Of a DNA stretch of 64,000 nt, positions 9,150 to 19,258 are shown in pieces. Source of the DNA: an uncultured candidate division Zixibacteria bacterium (GTDB lineage Bacteria > Zixibacteria > MSB-5A5 > UBA10806 > 4484-95); NCBI GenBank assembly GCA_963668625.2, contig CAXXKA010000001.1, forward strand, positions 96,001 to 160,000, in the 5' to 3' direction. Position numbers and translations under genes: made by a program. Numbering within the stretch: the first letter of the stretch is position 1; every line of letters begins with the position of its first letter. Below the pieces are notes generated by a model. It searched no databases. It was given only the letters and a program-made list of their open reading frames with translations, and was not told where the DNA came from.

Positions 9150-10073
9150 ATTTTAGGTACTCAAAATGGGGCATCCGTTCTTTTACAAAATAAATTAGGC
9201 GATAGATTAAAAGAGTATGTCGATTTAGCGCCCTATACTACGTTTAAAGTCGGTGGTCCGGCCCGGTATTTTTTCGAGGCTAAAAAATCAGTAGATCTGG
9301 TTTACGCATATGACCTGGTAGTAAAAAATGATTTACGTCATTTCGTGCTTGGCGGCGGTTCCAATACACTGTTTTCCGATGACGGATTCGATGGGATCGT
9401 AATCAGGGACTGTTGTAATGAAATCGTAGTAAAAGGCAACCGAATCAGCGTGCATGGTGGCGCCTGGCTTGATGACGTGGTTGAAACGGCACTGGCTAAT
9501 TCATTGACTGGAATAGAGTTCGCTGCCGGTATACCGGGAAATGTAGGCGGAGCTATTTATGGAAATGCCGGGGCTTTCGGCTCGAATATTTCCGAGATTC
9601 TGGAGAACGCCATAATATACGCGCCAGGTGATGGGGTAAGGATAGTCAAAGCCGATTATTTCGATTTTAAATACCGTCACAGCAAACTTAAAGAGCAATT
9701 CGAGTTGATTTTATCGGCATCGTTCAAACTTAGCTCTGGAAAAAGCGGAGATATCGCCGATAAGATTAAAGAATATCGTGAAATACGCCGAAGGAAGCAT
9801 CCCGATTACAGCCAGGATGGTTGCGCGGGTTCGGTGTTTAAAAATATTAAAGAGCCGGAATTGATACCGGCCGGAAAACTGTTAGAGGAGTCCGGGGTTA
9901 GAGGAATGAAAGTTGGCGGGGCGGAGGTTTATCCCAAACACTGCAATATTATAGTTAACTCGGATAAAGCCACGGCCGCTAATGTTATCGAATTATCATC
10001 AATAATGAGGCAAAAAGTGATTGATAAGTTTAATATAGAACTCGAATACGAAATGTTGATAATTGATCCTTAA
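9150..10073 (+). CDS. murB: UDP-N-acetylenolpyruvoylglucosamine reductase (start uncertain, upstream of track start 9345)
   Basis: LAPYTTFKVGGPARYF in frame upstream of LGGGSN; GIPGNVGGA, NAGAFG, AGSVFKN, KHCN, LEYE. Confidence 0.92.
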   Translation: MLGTQNGASVLLQNKLGDRLKEYVDLAPYTTFKVGGPARYFFEAKKSVDLVYAYDLVVKNDLRHFVLGGGSNTLFSDDGFDGIVIRDCCNEIVVKGNRISVHGGAWLDDVVETALANSLTGIEFAAGIPGNVGGAIYGNAGAFGSNISEILENAIIYAPGDGVRIVKADYFDFKYRHSKLKEQFELILSASFKLSSGKSGDIADKIKEYREIRRRKHPDYSQDGCAGSVFKNIKEPELIPAGKLLEESGVRGMKVGGAEVYPKHCNIIVNSDKATAANVIELSSIMRQKVIDKFNIELEYEMLIIDP

Positions 10074-10127
10074 CCGAGGAGGCCTATCGGAAATTCGATA
10101 ACGTAAAATTAATGTACTATTGGAGTA

Positions 10128-13100
10128 TTGTTGGATATTTTAGTAGTCAAAAGAAATTTCCCGGCTGTTGTTTTAGTGCTTTTATGCGGCCTGTTGAGTT
10201 TTAACTCGGCTTTCGCGGCAGTCGGAGAAATTGGCGCCACACTGGATTATAATTCAAAGTTTGCCCCGTCTCTGAGGTTGCCGGAAATCCCCGGTGGTCT
10301 GTCCATGGATCGGGAGTATTCTCCATTACTGGAATTAAACTATATACAAAGAGCCTGGCTGATAGAAGCGCCGGCGAATTCCGGTTACGTGTATTTTACT
10401 CTGTTTGCCGGGCCATATCAGCTTTATAATACGATCCCAATCAGTCGCGATAAATACACCAGGTATATTTCGGATAAATACTTCTGGGAAATCTGGCTGG
10501 ACGACATGGCCAATTTTACCGGTACCAAAGGCAAAGGCGAGCAATCCGAGGGATTCGTAATCAATCCGAATTTCAGACTCCCCAAGCAGGTAGAGTCGAT
10601 TATCGGTGAGGGCGGGCCGCGCATCAATGTCAGCGGTTCGAGACGAATTTCGTTCTCCGGTCGTTCGCAGTGGGATGACCTTCCCGAAACAGCCAACTAT
10701 AAACAGTCGAAATTCCCATCGCTTCACATGGAGCAAACCTCGCGGTTTAAAATCAAGGGCCAAATCGGCTCGAAAATCACTGTCGAGGTCGATCAGGATT
10801 CCAATCGTGATGTAGAGATAGCCAACACCTTGAAACTTCGCTATAAAGGCGAAGAGGATGAGATCATTCAATCTATCGAGGCGGGCAACACGAACCTGTC
10901 GTTGCCTAACTCGCAATTCATAGGTTTCTCGGAGAACGTGCAGGGTTTGTTCGGTATCAAGGCTACGGCTAAAATCGGTAATATCGATCTGACCGTAATC
11001 ACCTCGCAGGAGAAAGGCTCCAACGAGAAATCCACGTTTAACGCCGGCGCTCAGGCCTCGGCCGATACTATCTGGGATTACCAGTATCTTCATAATGTCT
11101 ATTTCTACCTGAGCGATCAATTCATGCCCGGTGACAGCCTCATCGATGTCAAGCTGTATACGAATGATTCCGAGCAGAATAAATACGGTTTGGCTTGCGT
11201 GTATCCGGTCAACGCCAATGGCGATGTCGGTGGGGTAGATTCTATTTTCAATGTATCGCCGGATGAGGAAACGCGAGATGAGGTGGAGCAGAGTTATTTT
11301 AAGTTGATGGAGCAGGGTGCGGATTACTACCTGTATAAAACCGGTAAGTACATAATCCTAAACCATCAGTTATCCGACGGCAACGTACTGGCTGCGTATA
11401 TCAAGTATATTCGGGACGGTCAGACTTTAGAGATCGGTAATATCACCTCCGATACGCTGGTATTGAAACTCATTCGCGACCGTACTCCCGATACCTCTTT
11501 TACCACCTGGGATTTGGAGTGGAAGAACGTATACGATTTACAGGCCAGGAATATCGCAGCCGAGGGATTCGTGCTGGATATATATAAAGGCCTGGGGGAT
11601 ATAACAACCGATACGATATCGCAGGACAGCAAACCATTCATAGAATTATTCGGTTTCGACCAGTATAATAACAACGATGCCTCGAACACCATCCCGGATG
11701 GTTTATTCGATTTCAATACCACAATCCCACATATAGATCCCGCGCTCGGCCATTTGATATTTCCCCAGCAAAAACCGTTTATATCCGAATTCCTGGATAC
11801 TCCGAACCCTGCGGTTTACGATTATAAATACACCAACACCAGCAGGGCGGATTCCAAGATGTATTACATGCATGTTCAGACCGCTACCAGGGCAAGTACG
11901 TTTACGCTGGGCAGGACGAATATTATCGAGGGCTCCGAGGTGGTTAAACTGGGTGACGGCACGGTGTTGAAAAAAGGCGTGGATTATAATATCGTTTACG
12001 AGATTGGTTCGATAACTTTTATCAACCAGGATGCTCTATCGGCTGCTTCCGATATAACAGTCGATTTCGAATACGCACCGTTTTTCATGCCCGAGAAGAA
12101 ATCATTGTTCGGCCTGGCGGCTGAATACAGGATTAACGAAAACTCCGCATTTACCATATCAGGTATGTACCGTAAAGAATCGACCAAGGAATTCCGTCCC
12201 CGTGTGGGGCATGAACCGAAACGCTGGTTTATCTGGGATTCGAACTTGCTGCTTCATTTCAAACCCGAATTCATTACCGACCTGGTGGATGCGTTGCCCC
12301 TGGTGGAAACGGATGCCGTCTCCACGCTGGAATTCTCCGGCGAGATTGCCCAGAACGTGCCGAATCCGAATACTCGTAACGAGGCTTATATCGATGATTT
12401 CGAAGGCTCTCGTCAGGCGACCGACCTGGTTATGCGAAGAGGTGTCTGGACAGAATCCTCGGCGCCGGTGGGCACGAACAGCCGAGAAGTTCACAACAAA
12501 CGTGATCTCTGGTGGTACAATCCATACGATCCCATATCGATACGGGAGATCTGGCCCGAGAAGGATGTTCAATCGCACGAGGATCGCCAGGATGTCTTAT
12601 TCCTGGAATATTATCCCGATAGCACGATCAATCCCGATACGCAGGGGTGGGCCGGTTTGATGAGGTCTTTGTATTCCGGCCTTGCCGATCAATCGAAAAC
12701 CAAGTTCATCGAGATTTGGTATTTGCCGGATACAACCGCTCTTTCTCATCCGGTACTTTATATCGATGCCGGTAATATCTCCGAGGATATTGATGATGAT
12801 GGTTTTAGAGATACCGAGGATAGGAACGGCAACGGTGTTTTCGAGGAAAACGAGGATACCGGACTGGACACGCTATACAGCGAGGATGAGATCGTGGAAA
12901 ATCCCGTTTCGCCCGATGATCCAGCCGGGGATGATTGGGATTACAGCAACAGTTATGAGTATTCCCATATCAATGGCACGGAGGGAAACCGTCAGGACCC
13001 GGACAGGCTTAACCGTATCGACACCGAGGATATCAACGGTAACGGCGCGCTCGATTTATCGAATTCGTATTATGAATACACTATCGATTTAAACTATGAG

Positions 13101-16100
13101 GAGTATGTCGAGGAGACAACAACCTCCGGCTGGAAATTACTGAGGATACCTTTCCAGGATTCCTCCGTTTACTCGACTGTCGGTAATCCCGATAATAGTA
13201 GTATTAATTTCGTAAGGATGTGGATCAGTGGCGTTAGCGATCACTATCTGTTGAAACTGGCAACCATGGATTTCGTCGGGAATAAATGGCAGGAGCTATC
13301 CACGCCGGACCCGGTATACATGCACGGCATCCCGGTTTCGCCGACTTTCGAGGTTTCGGTGATTAACAGTCAGGAGAACGCCGCTTCATACGAATCACCG
13401 CCGGGAGTCGCCGGTGAGTACGATCAGGAAACGGGTATTCAGGAAAAAGAACAATCACTGGTACTGCAATATGATGGTTTATATCCCGGGCAAAGGCTGG
13501 GCGCCTACTGGACTCTTCTGACTACAGAGGATTACACGCTTTATAATCAACTTAAGATGTTTGTCCATGGGGATGAAAACCTTCCCGAGGATTTACCGGT
13601 TAACTTTTTCTTCAGGCTGGGCACGGACTCTGTCACCAGTTTCTATGAGTATCGTACCAGGCTATACCCCGGCTGGGATGAGAGAAATTATGTTGATATC
13701 AACTTCACCGATATAACCGGACTGAAAGCGATCTGGCAGGCGGAAGCGGAAAACGAAACCCTGAGTGTTGGGTTAACCGATATTAGCTACGGCAAGTACA
13801 GGGTTAAAGGCAATCCATCACTTTCCACCATTAAGATGTTCGTCATCGGGATAGAATACGATTCTTTGTTATTGGATACTACCTATGTCGGCGTCGATTC
13901 GGTTATCAGTATCGATACCACCCGTGTTTCGCCGGTGCCTATTGACGGCCAGGTGTGGGTAGATGAGCTGCTATTAACGGGGGTTCGCAAGAAATCAGAT
14001 TTTGCCGGCAGGTTCCAGGCTAAAGTAAGCCTGGCTGATCTTGGTAACGTAACGATTAATTACTCGCGTACGGGAACGGATTTTTACAAGCTGAACGAAA
14101 AGAAACCACCGGGCAAGCTGACTACCTCGCGGTCGATATCAGGCAGTATCAACGTGGACAAGTTTTTCCCTCCCTCATGGGGCCTAAGCCTGCCGGTAAA
14201 TGCCAGTTGGCAAAAATCTCTGGATTTGCCCAGGTTGAAAACCGGCTCGGATGTCGTATTGCCGGAAGATCTTAAAGATGACGAGAAAACGGAGAATAAA
14301 AGCTGGCAGATTTCGGTAACCGAGAGGTTCAGCAAGAATACCAAAAATTGGCTGTTCAATTGGACATTGAACAGAATCCAGTCGCGTTATGTCTATTCGC
14401 GCAGGGATGGTATCAACCCGACACAGCCGGTCAGTAATATGACCTCGTTCGAGCTTTCCAGCTCGTATGATTTATCGCCCAAGAGCAAACCCGCGATAAA
14501 ACCGTTCAAGTGGACAAAAGCTTTATTCTTACCGAAAACCATATACGATATCGAGATGTTTTACCTTCCGACCACTATCAAATACGACATGCTGGTTAAA
14601 GGTACCAAATCGTACACCGAAAGGAAAAATGTAGCTCCGACCTCTACCTATACCAAAAATTTCACCGGTAAACAAAGCTATGCTATTGGCTTGTTCAACG
14701 CTTTAAGGGCGGATTTCAATACCCAGACAGATAGAGATATAAGTGATCCTGATCTGGTAAACCTCTCTTTCAATCCGGCTGATATAAGGCTCGGCCGTGA
14801 GAAAACTTATTCGCAAAGTTTAAACTCATCATTCTCACCTAAAATTACCAGGGCCCTGGCGCCGCGTTTCACGTATTCGGCTAAATATTCGGATAATTCC
14901 GATCTCGCGCGCAATCCCGATTCCACCAGATCATCCAGCGCTAATTCGAGTATCCGCGGAGATTTGACCCTCGATGTGTTTGAAATTACGGGTATCAAAA
15001 AACTGCTCGGCGCCGGAGAGCAGAAGAATAAATTCGTCAAACCACCCGGTAAACCTAGAGATGAGGAGAGAGAGAAAGAGGAGCCCGAGGAGAAAGGCGA
15101 GGGTTCTATCGATGGCGGCGATAATGTAGACGAAAGCAAGGATAAAGCCGATGACGACGAGCCGAAAAAGAAGATTAAAATACCCAATCCGCTGATTGGA
15201 GTTAAAAAAGTATTTTCCATCCTTAACACGGTCAAGCCGTTAAAAACTACCGTCTCCGTGGATAAGAGAATGGATAGGGCCGGTCTATACACACGACCCG
15301 GCTGGTATTACACGCTGGGGTTCACGGATGATCCTGATGTTTTACGAAAGGATGAAACCACTTATACACGCGACCAGATAACCAGGACAATGGATTACTC
15401 GCTGCAATCGGGAATTACGCCGTTAAGGAATCTCGATATTTCATCATCATATAAATTCCGTGAATCGATATCGAGAAGTAGTAACTCGACCGAGCCCACC
15501 GGGACTAATTCCGTGGAATTCCCCAGGATCGATGCTAATATCTCGGGATTGCATAGCTTACCGATATTCAATAAGCTCACGAGCTCGATGACATTGCAAT
15601 CGAATTTCACGAAAAAAATCGATGAATCCGGTAATCCCGATACGGATGTCGTGAACAGCCGAACCGATAATCAATCGTTCTCGCCGGTGGCCGGATTGAA
15701 TATCGTGCTGGTCAATGACGTTAAACTCACTTTCAGGTACGATTGGACGAAGAAGAAGACCGAGGACCTTAGGCCTGAAGGTAGTAATAGAACCGATTAT
15801 GATAATAGTAGAACTTTTAAAGTATCACTAAGCTATTCGTTCACTGCTCCCAAAGGAGTTAACCTTCCGCTATTTGGTAGATTCAAATTCACCAGCCAAC
15901 TCACTATGTCGCTGGATGTCAACAAACGCTTTTCGAAATCGTGGTTCGTTAATAGCGAGAACGAAAAAACTACGGATGCCGAAAGCGAGGAGATATCTAT
16001 CGAACCTCGTATGACCTACCGGTTCTCGGCGAAAGTAACCGGCGGTATTAACGCCAAGTGGAGTGACGCTGATGATAAAATTCAGGATCGCAAACGTCAT

Positions 16101-16139
16101 GTTAGGGAGCTAGGCATATGGACGGAATTAAGATTCTAA
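10128..16139 (+). CDS. sprA: T9SS outer-membrane translocon SprA/Sov homolog
   Basis: 2003 aa, signal peptide, KLRYKGEEDEIIQSIEAGN, QGLFGIKA, AYIDDFEGS, DTEDING, VWVDEL, C-terminal Phe. Confidence 0.9.
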   Translation: MLDILVVKRNFPAVVLVLLCGLLSFNSAFAAVGEIGATLDYNSKFAPSLRLPEIPGGLSMDREYSPLLELNYIQRAWLIEAPANSGYVYFTLFAGPYQLYNTIPISRDKYTRYISDKYFWEIWLDDMANFTGTKGKGEQSEGFVINPNFRLPKQVESIIGEGGPRINVSGSRRISFSGRSQWDDLPETANYKQSKFPSLHMEQTSRFKIKGQIGSKITVEVDQDSNRDVEIANTLKLRYKGEEDEIIQSIEAGNTNLSLPNSQFIGFSENVQGLFGIKATAKIGNIDLTVITSQEKGSNEKSTFNAGAQASADTIWDYQYLHNVYFYLSDQFMPGDSLIDVKLYTNDSEQNKYGLACVYPVNANGDVGGVDSIFNVSPDEETRDEVEQSYFKLMEQGADYYLYKTGKYIILNHQLSDGNVLAAYIKYIRDGQTLEIGNITSDTLVLKLIRDRTPDTSFTTWDLEWKNVYDLQARNIAAEGFVLDIYKGLGDITTDTISQDSKPFIELFGFDQYNNNDASNTIPDGLFDFNTTIPHIDPALGHLIFPQQKPFISEFLDTPNPAVYDYKYTNTSRADSKMYYMHVQTATRASTFTLGRTNIIEGSEVVKLGDGTVLKKGVDYNIVYEIGSITFINQDALSAASDITVDFEYAPFFMPEKKSLFGLAAEYRINENSAFTISGMYRKESTKEFRPRVGHEPKRWFIWDSNLLLHFKPEFITDLVDALPLVETDAVSTLEFSGEIAQNVPNPNTRNEAYIDDFEGSRQATDLVMRRGVWTESSAPVGTNSREVHNKRDLWWYNPYDPISIREIWPEKDVQSHEDRQDVLFLEYYPDSTINPDTQGWAGLMRSLYSGLADQSKTKFIEIWYLPDTTALSHPVLYIDAGNISEDIDDDGFRDTEDRNGNGVFEENEDTGLDTLYSEDEIVENPVSPDDPAGDDWDYSNSYEYSHINGTEGNRQDPDRLNRIDTEDINGNGALDLSNSYYEYTIDLNYEEYVEETTTSGWKLLRIPFQDSSVYSTVGNPDNSSINFVRMWISGVSDHYLLKLATMDFVGNKWQELSTPDPVYMHGIPVSPTFEVSVINSQENAASYESPPGVAGEYDQETGIQEKEQSLVLQYDGLYPGQRLGAYWTLLTTEDYTLYNQLKMFVHGDENLPEDLPVNFFFRLGTDSVTSFYEYRTRLYPGWDERNYVDINFTDITGLKAIWQAEAENETLSVGLTDISYGKYRVKGNPSLSTIKMFVIGIEYDSLLLDTTYVGVDSVISIDTTRVSPVPIDGQVWVDELLLTGVRKKSDFAGRFQAKVSLADLGNVTINYSRTGTDFYKLNEKKPPGKLTTSRSISGSINVDKFFPPSWGLSLPVNASWQKSLDLPRLKTGSDVVLPEDLKDDEKTENKSWQISVTERFSKNTKNWLFNWTLNRIQSRYVYSRRDGINPTQPVSNMTSFELSSSYDLSPKSKPAIKPFKWTKALFLPKTIYDIEMFYLPTTIKYDMLVKGTKSYTERKNVAPTSTYTKNFTGKQSYAIGLFNALRADFNTQTDRDISDPDLVNLSFNPADIRLGREKTYSQSLNSSFSPKITRALAPRFTYSAKYSDNSDLARNPDSTRSSSANSSIRGDLTLDVFEITGIKKLLGAGEQKNKFVKPPGKPRDEEREKEEPEEKGEGSIDGGDNVDESKDKADDDEPKKKIKIPNPLIGVKKVFSILNTVKPLKTTVSVDKRMDRAGLYTRPGWYYTLGFTDDPDVLRKDETTYTRDQITRTMDYSLQSGITPLRNLDISSSYKFRESISRSSNSTEPTGTNSVEFPRIDANISGLHSLPIFNKLTSSMTLQSNFTKKIDESGNPDTDVVNSRTDNQSFSPVAGLNIVLVNDVKLTFRYDWTKKKTEDLRPEGSNRTDYDNSRTFKVSLSYSFTAPKGVNLPLFGRFKFTSQLTMSLDVNKRFSKSWFVNSENEKTTDAESEEISIEPRMTYRFSAKVTGGINAKWSDADDKIQDRKRHVRELGIWTELRF

Positions 16140-17089
16140 AAATCAAAGCGATTTCATTATTTATTATTATGGTATTCTTATCTGGTTATAGTTGTATAGA
16201 TGATAACCCCACTGACCCCGATTATGTCGATGATGATTCGAATTTGGCCAGGGGAGCCTGGACTATAGCCTCGCCGCCGTCAGGCAAACAGGTGGCGGCT
16301 ATTAACAAGATGTTATGGTATAATCCGTACGATCCTGTATCGATTACCGATATCTGGCCTGACAGCACCGTAGATGTTTCCGAAAATAAACAAACGGTTT
16401 TATATCTCGATTATAGCTTGTTTGACATACTTTATTTGGACAGCGCCTCCTGGTGCGGTATTATGAGAACAACGTTCGAACTCGAGAGCACGATCGATTA
16501 CGAATACCTTAATCTCTGGCTGAAAGTTGATACGCTAATCGGCGTGAGCGATGTTGTATTCAATATCGATATCGGCGTTATAAGCGAGGATATCAATTAT
16601 AACGGCAGGCTCGAGACCGAGGATAGAAATTTAAACGGAGTATTCGAATCGAACGAGGATACCGGGCTTGATACTTTAACCGATGCCCAGGAGATGGCTG
16701 TAATACTAGATCCGGTTTATCCCGATGATCCGAGTGGCGATAACTGGGAATGGAGCGACAGCTATACATATACTTATATTAACGGTACCGAGGGGAACAG
16801 GAACGACTCGCAGAGAGAGAATTTGCCTGATACAGAGGATATTAACGGTGACGGAAGCCTGAATCTCGATAATGCTTATTTCGAGTATCGTATAGATCCG
16901 TTTAATTCTACATATGTCCAAACGGTTACCTCCACCGGCTGGATCAACATACGCATTCCGATTTACGAACAGAGCGCCTATCAAGTTATAGGAAACGCCT
17001 CATTCGATAATTTAAATTGTTTAAGAATATGGTTGCCTGTCGATGAAAATAGAGTTAAGATAATGATTGCCGTACTTGATTTGGAGTAA
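16118..17089 (+). CDS. Predicted lipoprotein made of a stand-alone copy of an internal SprA segment
   Basis: Lipobox-like LSGYSC; colinear with SprA aa ~770-1050 (WYNPYDP, ISEDI, TEDRN.NGVFE.NEDTGLDTL, INGTEGNR, DTEDING). Confidence 0.8.
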   Translation: MDGIKILKIKAISLFIIMVFLSGYSCIDDNPTDPDYVDDDSNLARGAWTIASPPSGKQVAAINKMLWYNPYDPVSITDIWPDSTVDVSENKQTVLYLDYSLFDILYLDSASWCGIMRTTFELESTIDYEYLNLWLKVDTLIGVSDVVFNIDIGVISEDINYNGRLETEDRNLNGVFESNEDTGLDTLTDAQEMAVILDPVYPDDPSGDNWEWSDSYTYTYINGTEGNRNDSQRENLPDTEDINGDGSLNLDNAYFEYRIDPFNSTYVQTVTSTGWINIRIPIYEQSAYQVIGNASFDNLNCLRIWLPVDENRVKIMIAVLDLE

Positions 17090-17114
17090 CATAGGAAACT
17101 GGCTGATTAGTTAA

Positions 17115-18044
17115 ATGCAATCGATGGGCATAGTGAATAAATTATCCGTATCCGTATTGATTTTGGCTGCCTGGGTCATATTCAGCGGTTGTTCGCAAAG
17201 CATTCCGAAATTCGATAAAGCTAAATCGTACAATTATATTATCGAGCAATGCGCGTTCGGCGCTCGCGTACCCAACAGTGAGGCCCACGATAAGTGCGAG
17301 GACTATCTATTTGACAAATTGTCCGAATTCTCCGAAAATGTCAGACGCCAGAAATTCACTTACTATGATAGCTCCCGTGCGGATACGCTCCATCTGACTA
17401 ACTTATTAGCTTCTTTTTACCCGGAAGAAACGCAGCGTATTCTTCTGTGCGCACACTGGGATTGTCGACCGTGGGCGGATAAAGAGGCCGATTCGAGTTT
17501 ACATAACCAACCGGTTATGGGCGCTAATGATGGAGCCTCCGGTGTGGCTCTACTTTTGACACTGGCCGAGATAATCAAGAATAATCCTCCCGGAATGGGC
17601 GTGGATATTATCTTCTTCGATGGTGAAGATTACGGCAAATATAATGAATCGGACGAGTGGCTCCTGGGTAGCAAGTACTTTACGGAAAATATCGGTAATT
17701 ATCACCCCATGTATGTTATTCTTGTCGATATGATCGGTGATAGCGATTTGAATATCCATAAAGATTATTACTCCAATACATATAGCGGCTGGTTGACCAA
17801 TCGTGTTTGGAAAGCTGCCGAGATCGAACAGGCCGAGCATTTTCACCCCGATGTTTTACACACTGTTTATGATGACCACGTACCATTTTTGCTAATCGGG
17901 ATTCCGGCCGTGGATATTATTGACATGGACTATAAATGGTGGCATACTCTTAAAGATATTCCCGAAAACTGCTCGCCGGAAAGTCTTGACGAGGTCGGCA
18001 GGGTGGTGATAAGAGTGCTGTATGATAAAGAGTTACGAGGATGA
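17115..18044 (+). CDS. M28 family lipoprotein, glutaminyl cyclase-like
   Basis: FSGC lipobox; AHWD.RP.AD, GANDGASGV, FDGEDYG, DMIG, DDHVPF, WHT. Confidence 0.85.
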   Translation: MQSMGIVNKLSVSVLILAAWVIFSGCSQSIPKFDKAKSYNYIIEQCAFGARVPNSEAHDKCEDYLFDKLSEFSENVRRQKFTYYDSSRADTLHLTNLLASFYPEETQRILLCAHWDCRPWADKEADSSLHNQPVMGANDGASGVALLLTLAEIIKNNPPGMGVDIIFFDGEDYGKYNESDEWLLGSKYFTENIGNYHPMYVILVDMIGDSDLNIHKDYYSNTYSGWLTNRVWKAAEIEQAEHFHPDVLHTVYDDHVPFLLIGIPAVDIIDMDYKWWHTLKDIPENCSPESLDEVGRVVIRVLYDKELRG

Positions 18045-18103
18045 TCTGATATATTGCGCAACATGCGTTCCGAATTTCCGTATTACTGAAAGTAATTAAG
18101 GAG

Positions 18104-19258
18104 ATGGAAATGAGAAGACTGAGTTTAATAACTCTTATTATATTTATGGTTTCATCGCCAACTTACGCCCAGGAAAACCATTCGGCATTCGTTGGGACGT
18201 TTTCTAGCACATCATCTAATGCCACGATATTAGAGATTAGAACACCCGAGAATATCAGAAGCGATATAACGGTTGAGACACACGAGTTCAATACCATTGA
18301 GGGTAACTTCCGCATCTGGGCCAGAGCTAAAAGCAAGGAGCAGGAGAATCGCTTTATCAAGCTTATCGAGGTAAAACTGGATGAGCGTGGTGGTAATGAG
18401 CAAACTGTCAGGGTACGCGTGCTAACTCCAAAAACTGCCCCCTGGCAAGGAACATCGTATGTTATAGGGGCCAGTCTCGAGATCAAAATACCTGAAGGCT
18501 TTAGGGTCGATTCGCGAAGCATGTTCGGCAATGTGACCATTGAGGGACCGCTAAGCTATGTTGAGGTAGACTGCGAAAACGGCTCGGTAGAGGTTAATAA
18601 TGTCGATGGTGAGACGAATATCAGAACATCCAATGCCGATATCGATGTCAGCGATATAGAAGGATTGATAAGTATAGAAACCGTTCATTCGGATATTTTC
18701 GCCAGTGATATCAATATTACCGAGGAATGTGGCATATTCAGCTCGTCAGGGGGCGAACTCGAATTTGAAAATATCAACGGCCCAATCGAGGCTACCACCA
18801 GCAATGATGATATAACCGTGTACAACCTCAATACCGAGACCGGGGCAATACTGTTGCGCAATACTTACGGTAAAATCAAAGGTTCAAATATCCGGGGAGA
18901 ACTAGTTGCCGAAACGAGTTACCAACCTATTGAGCTGGAAGATATTCATCTGGTGAAAGGTGTTTGCAAGTTCGAGACGATGTATTCTCCCATCGATGTC
19001 GAAATCGCTGAAATCGGCGATTCACATCTGCTGATAAGTAACACGTTCAACGCTATCAACCTGAAACTACCCACCGATACCTCCGCCAAGCTGATTCTAA
19101 ATGTCGGCGAGGGTGGGAAAATCCACACGAAAGGACTATCAATCAAGCCGCTCGTTATGGATAAAAATCGGCTGGTTGGCATAGTCGGGGATGGCATTTC
19201 TCGAATAGAGGCAAATGTAGAGGGCATCGGTTCGATAAATATTAACGGCGAACGTTAA
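18104..19258 (+). CDS. DUF4097-like beta-strand repeat secreted protein
   Basis: Signal peptide; repeated G.I.I.T.N/S..I units. Confidence 0.7.
   Translation: MEMRRLSLITLIIFMVSSPTYAQENHSAFVGTFSSTSSNATILEIRTPENIRSDITVETHEFNTIEGNFRIWARAKSKEQENRFIKLIEVKLDERGGNEQTVRVRVLTPKTAPWQGTSYVIGASLEIKIPEGFRVDSRSMFGNVTIEGPLSYVEVDCENGSVEVNNVDGETNIRTSNADIDVSDIEGLISIETVHSDIFASDINITEECGIFSSSGGELEFENINGPIEATTSNDDITVYNLNTETGAILLRNTYGKIKGSNIRGELVAETSYQPIELEDIHLVKGVCKFETMYSPIDVEIAEIGDSHLLISNTFNAINLKLPTDTSAKLILNVGEGGKIHTKGLSIKPLVMDKNRLVGIVGDGISRIEANVEGIGSININGER

Noticed and set aside
15020-15190. Purine-rich low-complexity stretch in sprA
   Set aside because: Encodes an in-frame charged loop; no sign of an insertion element
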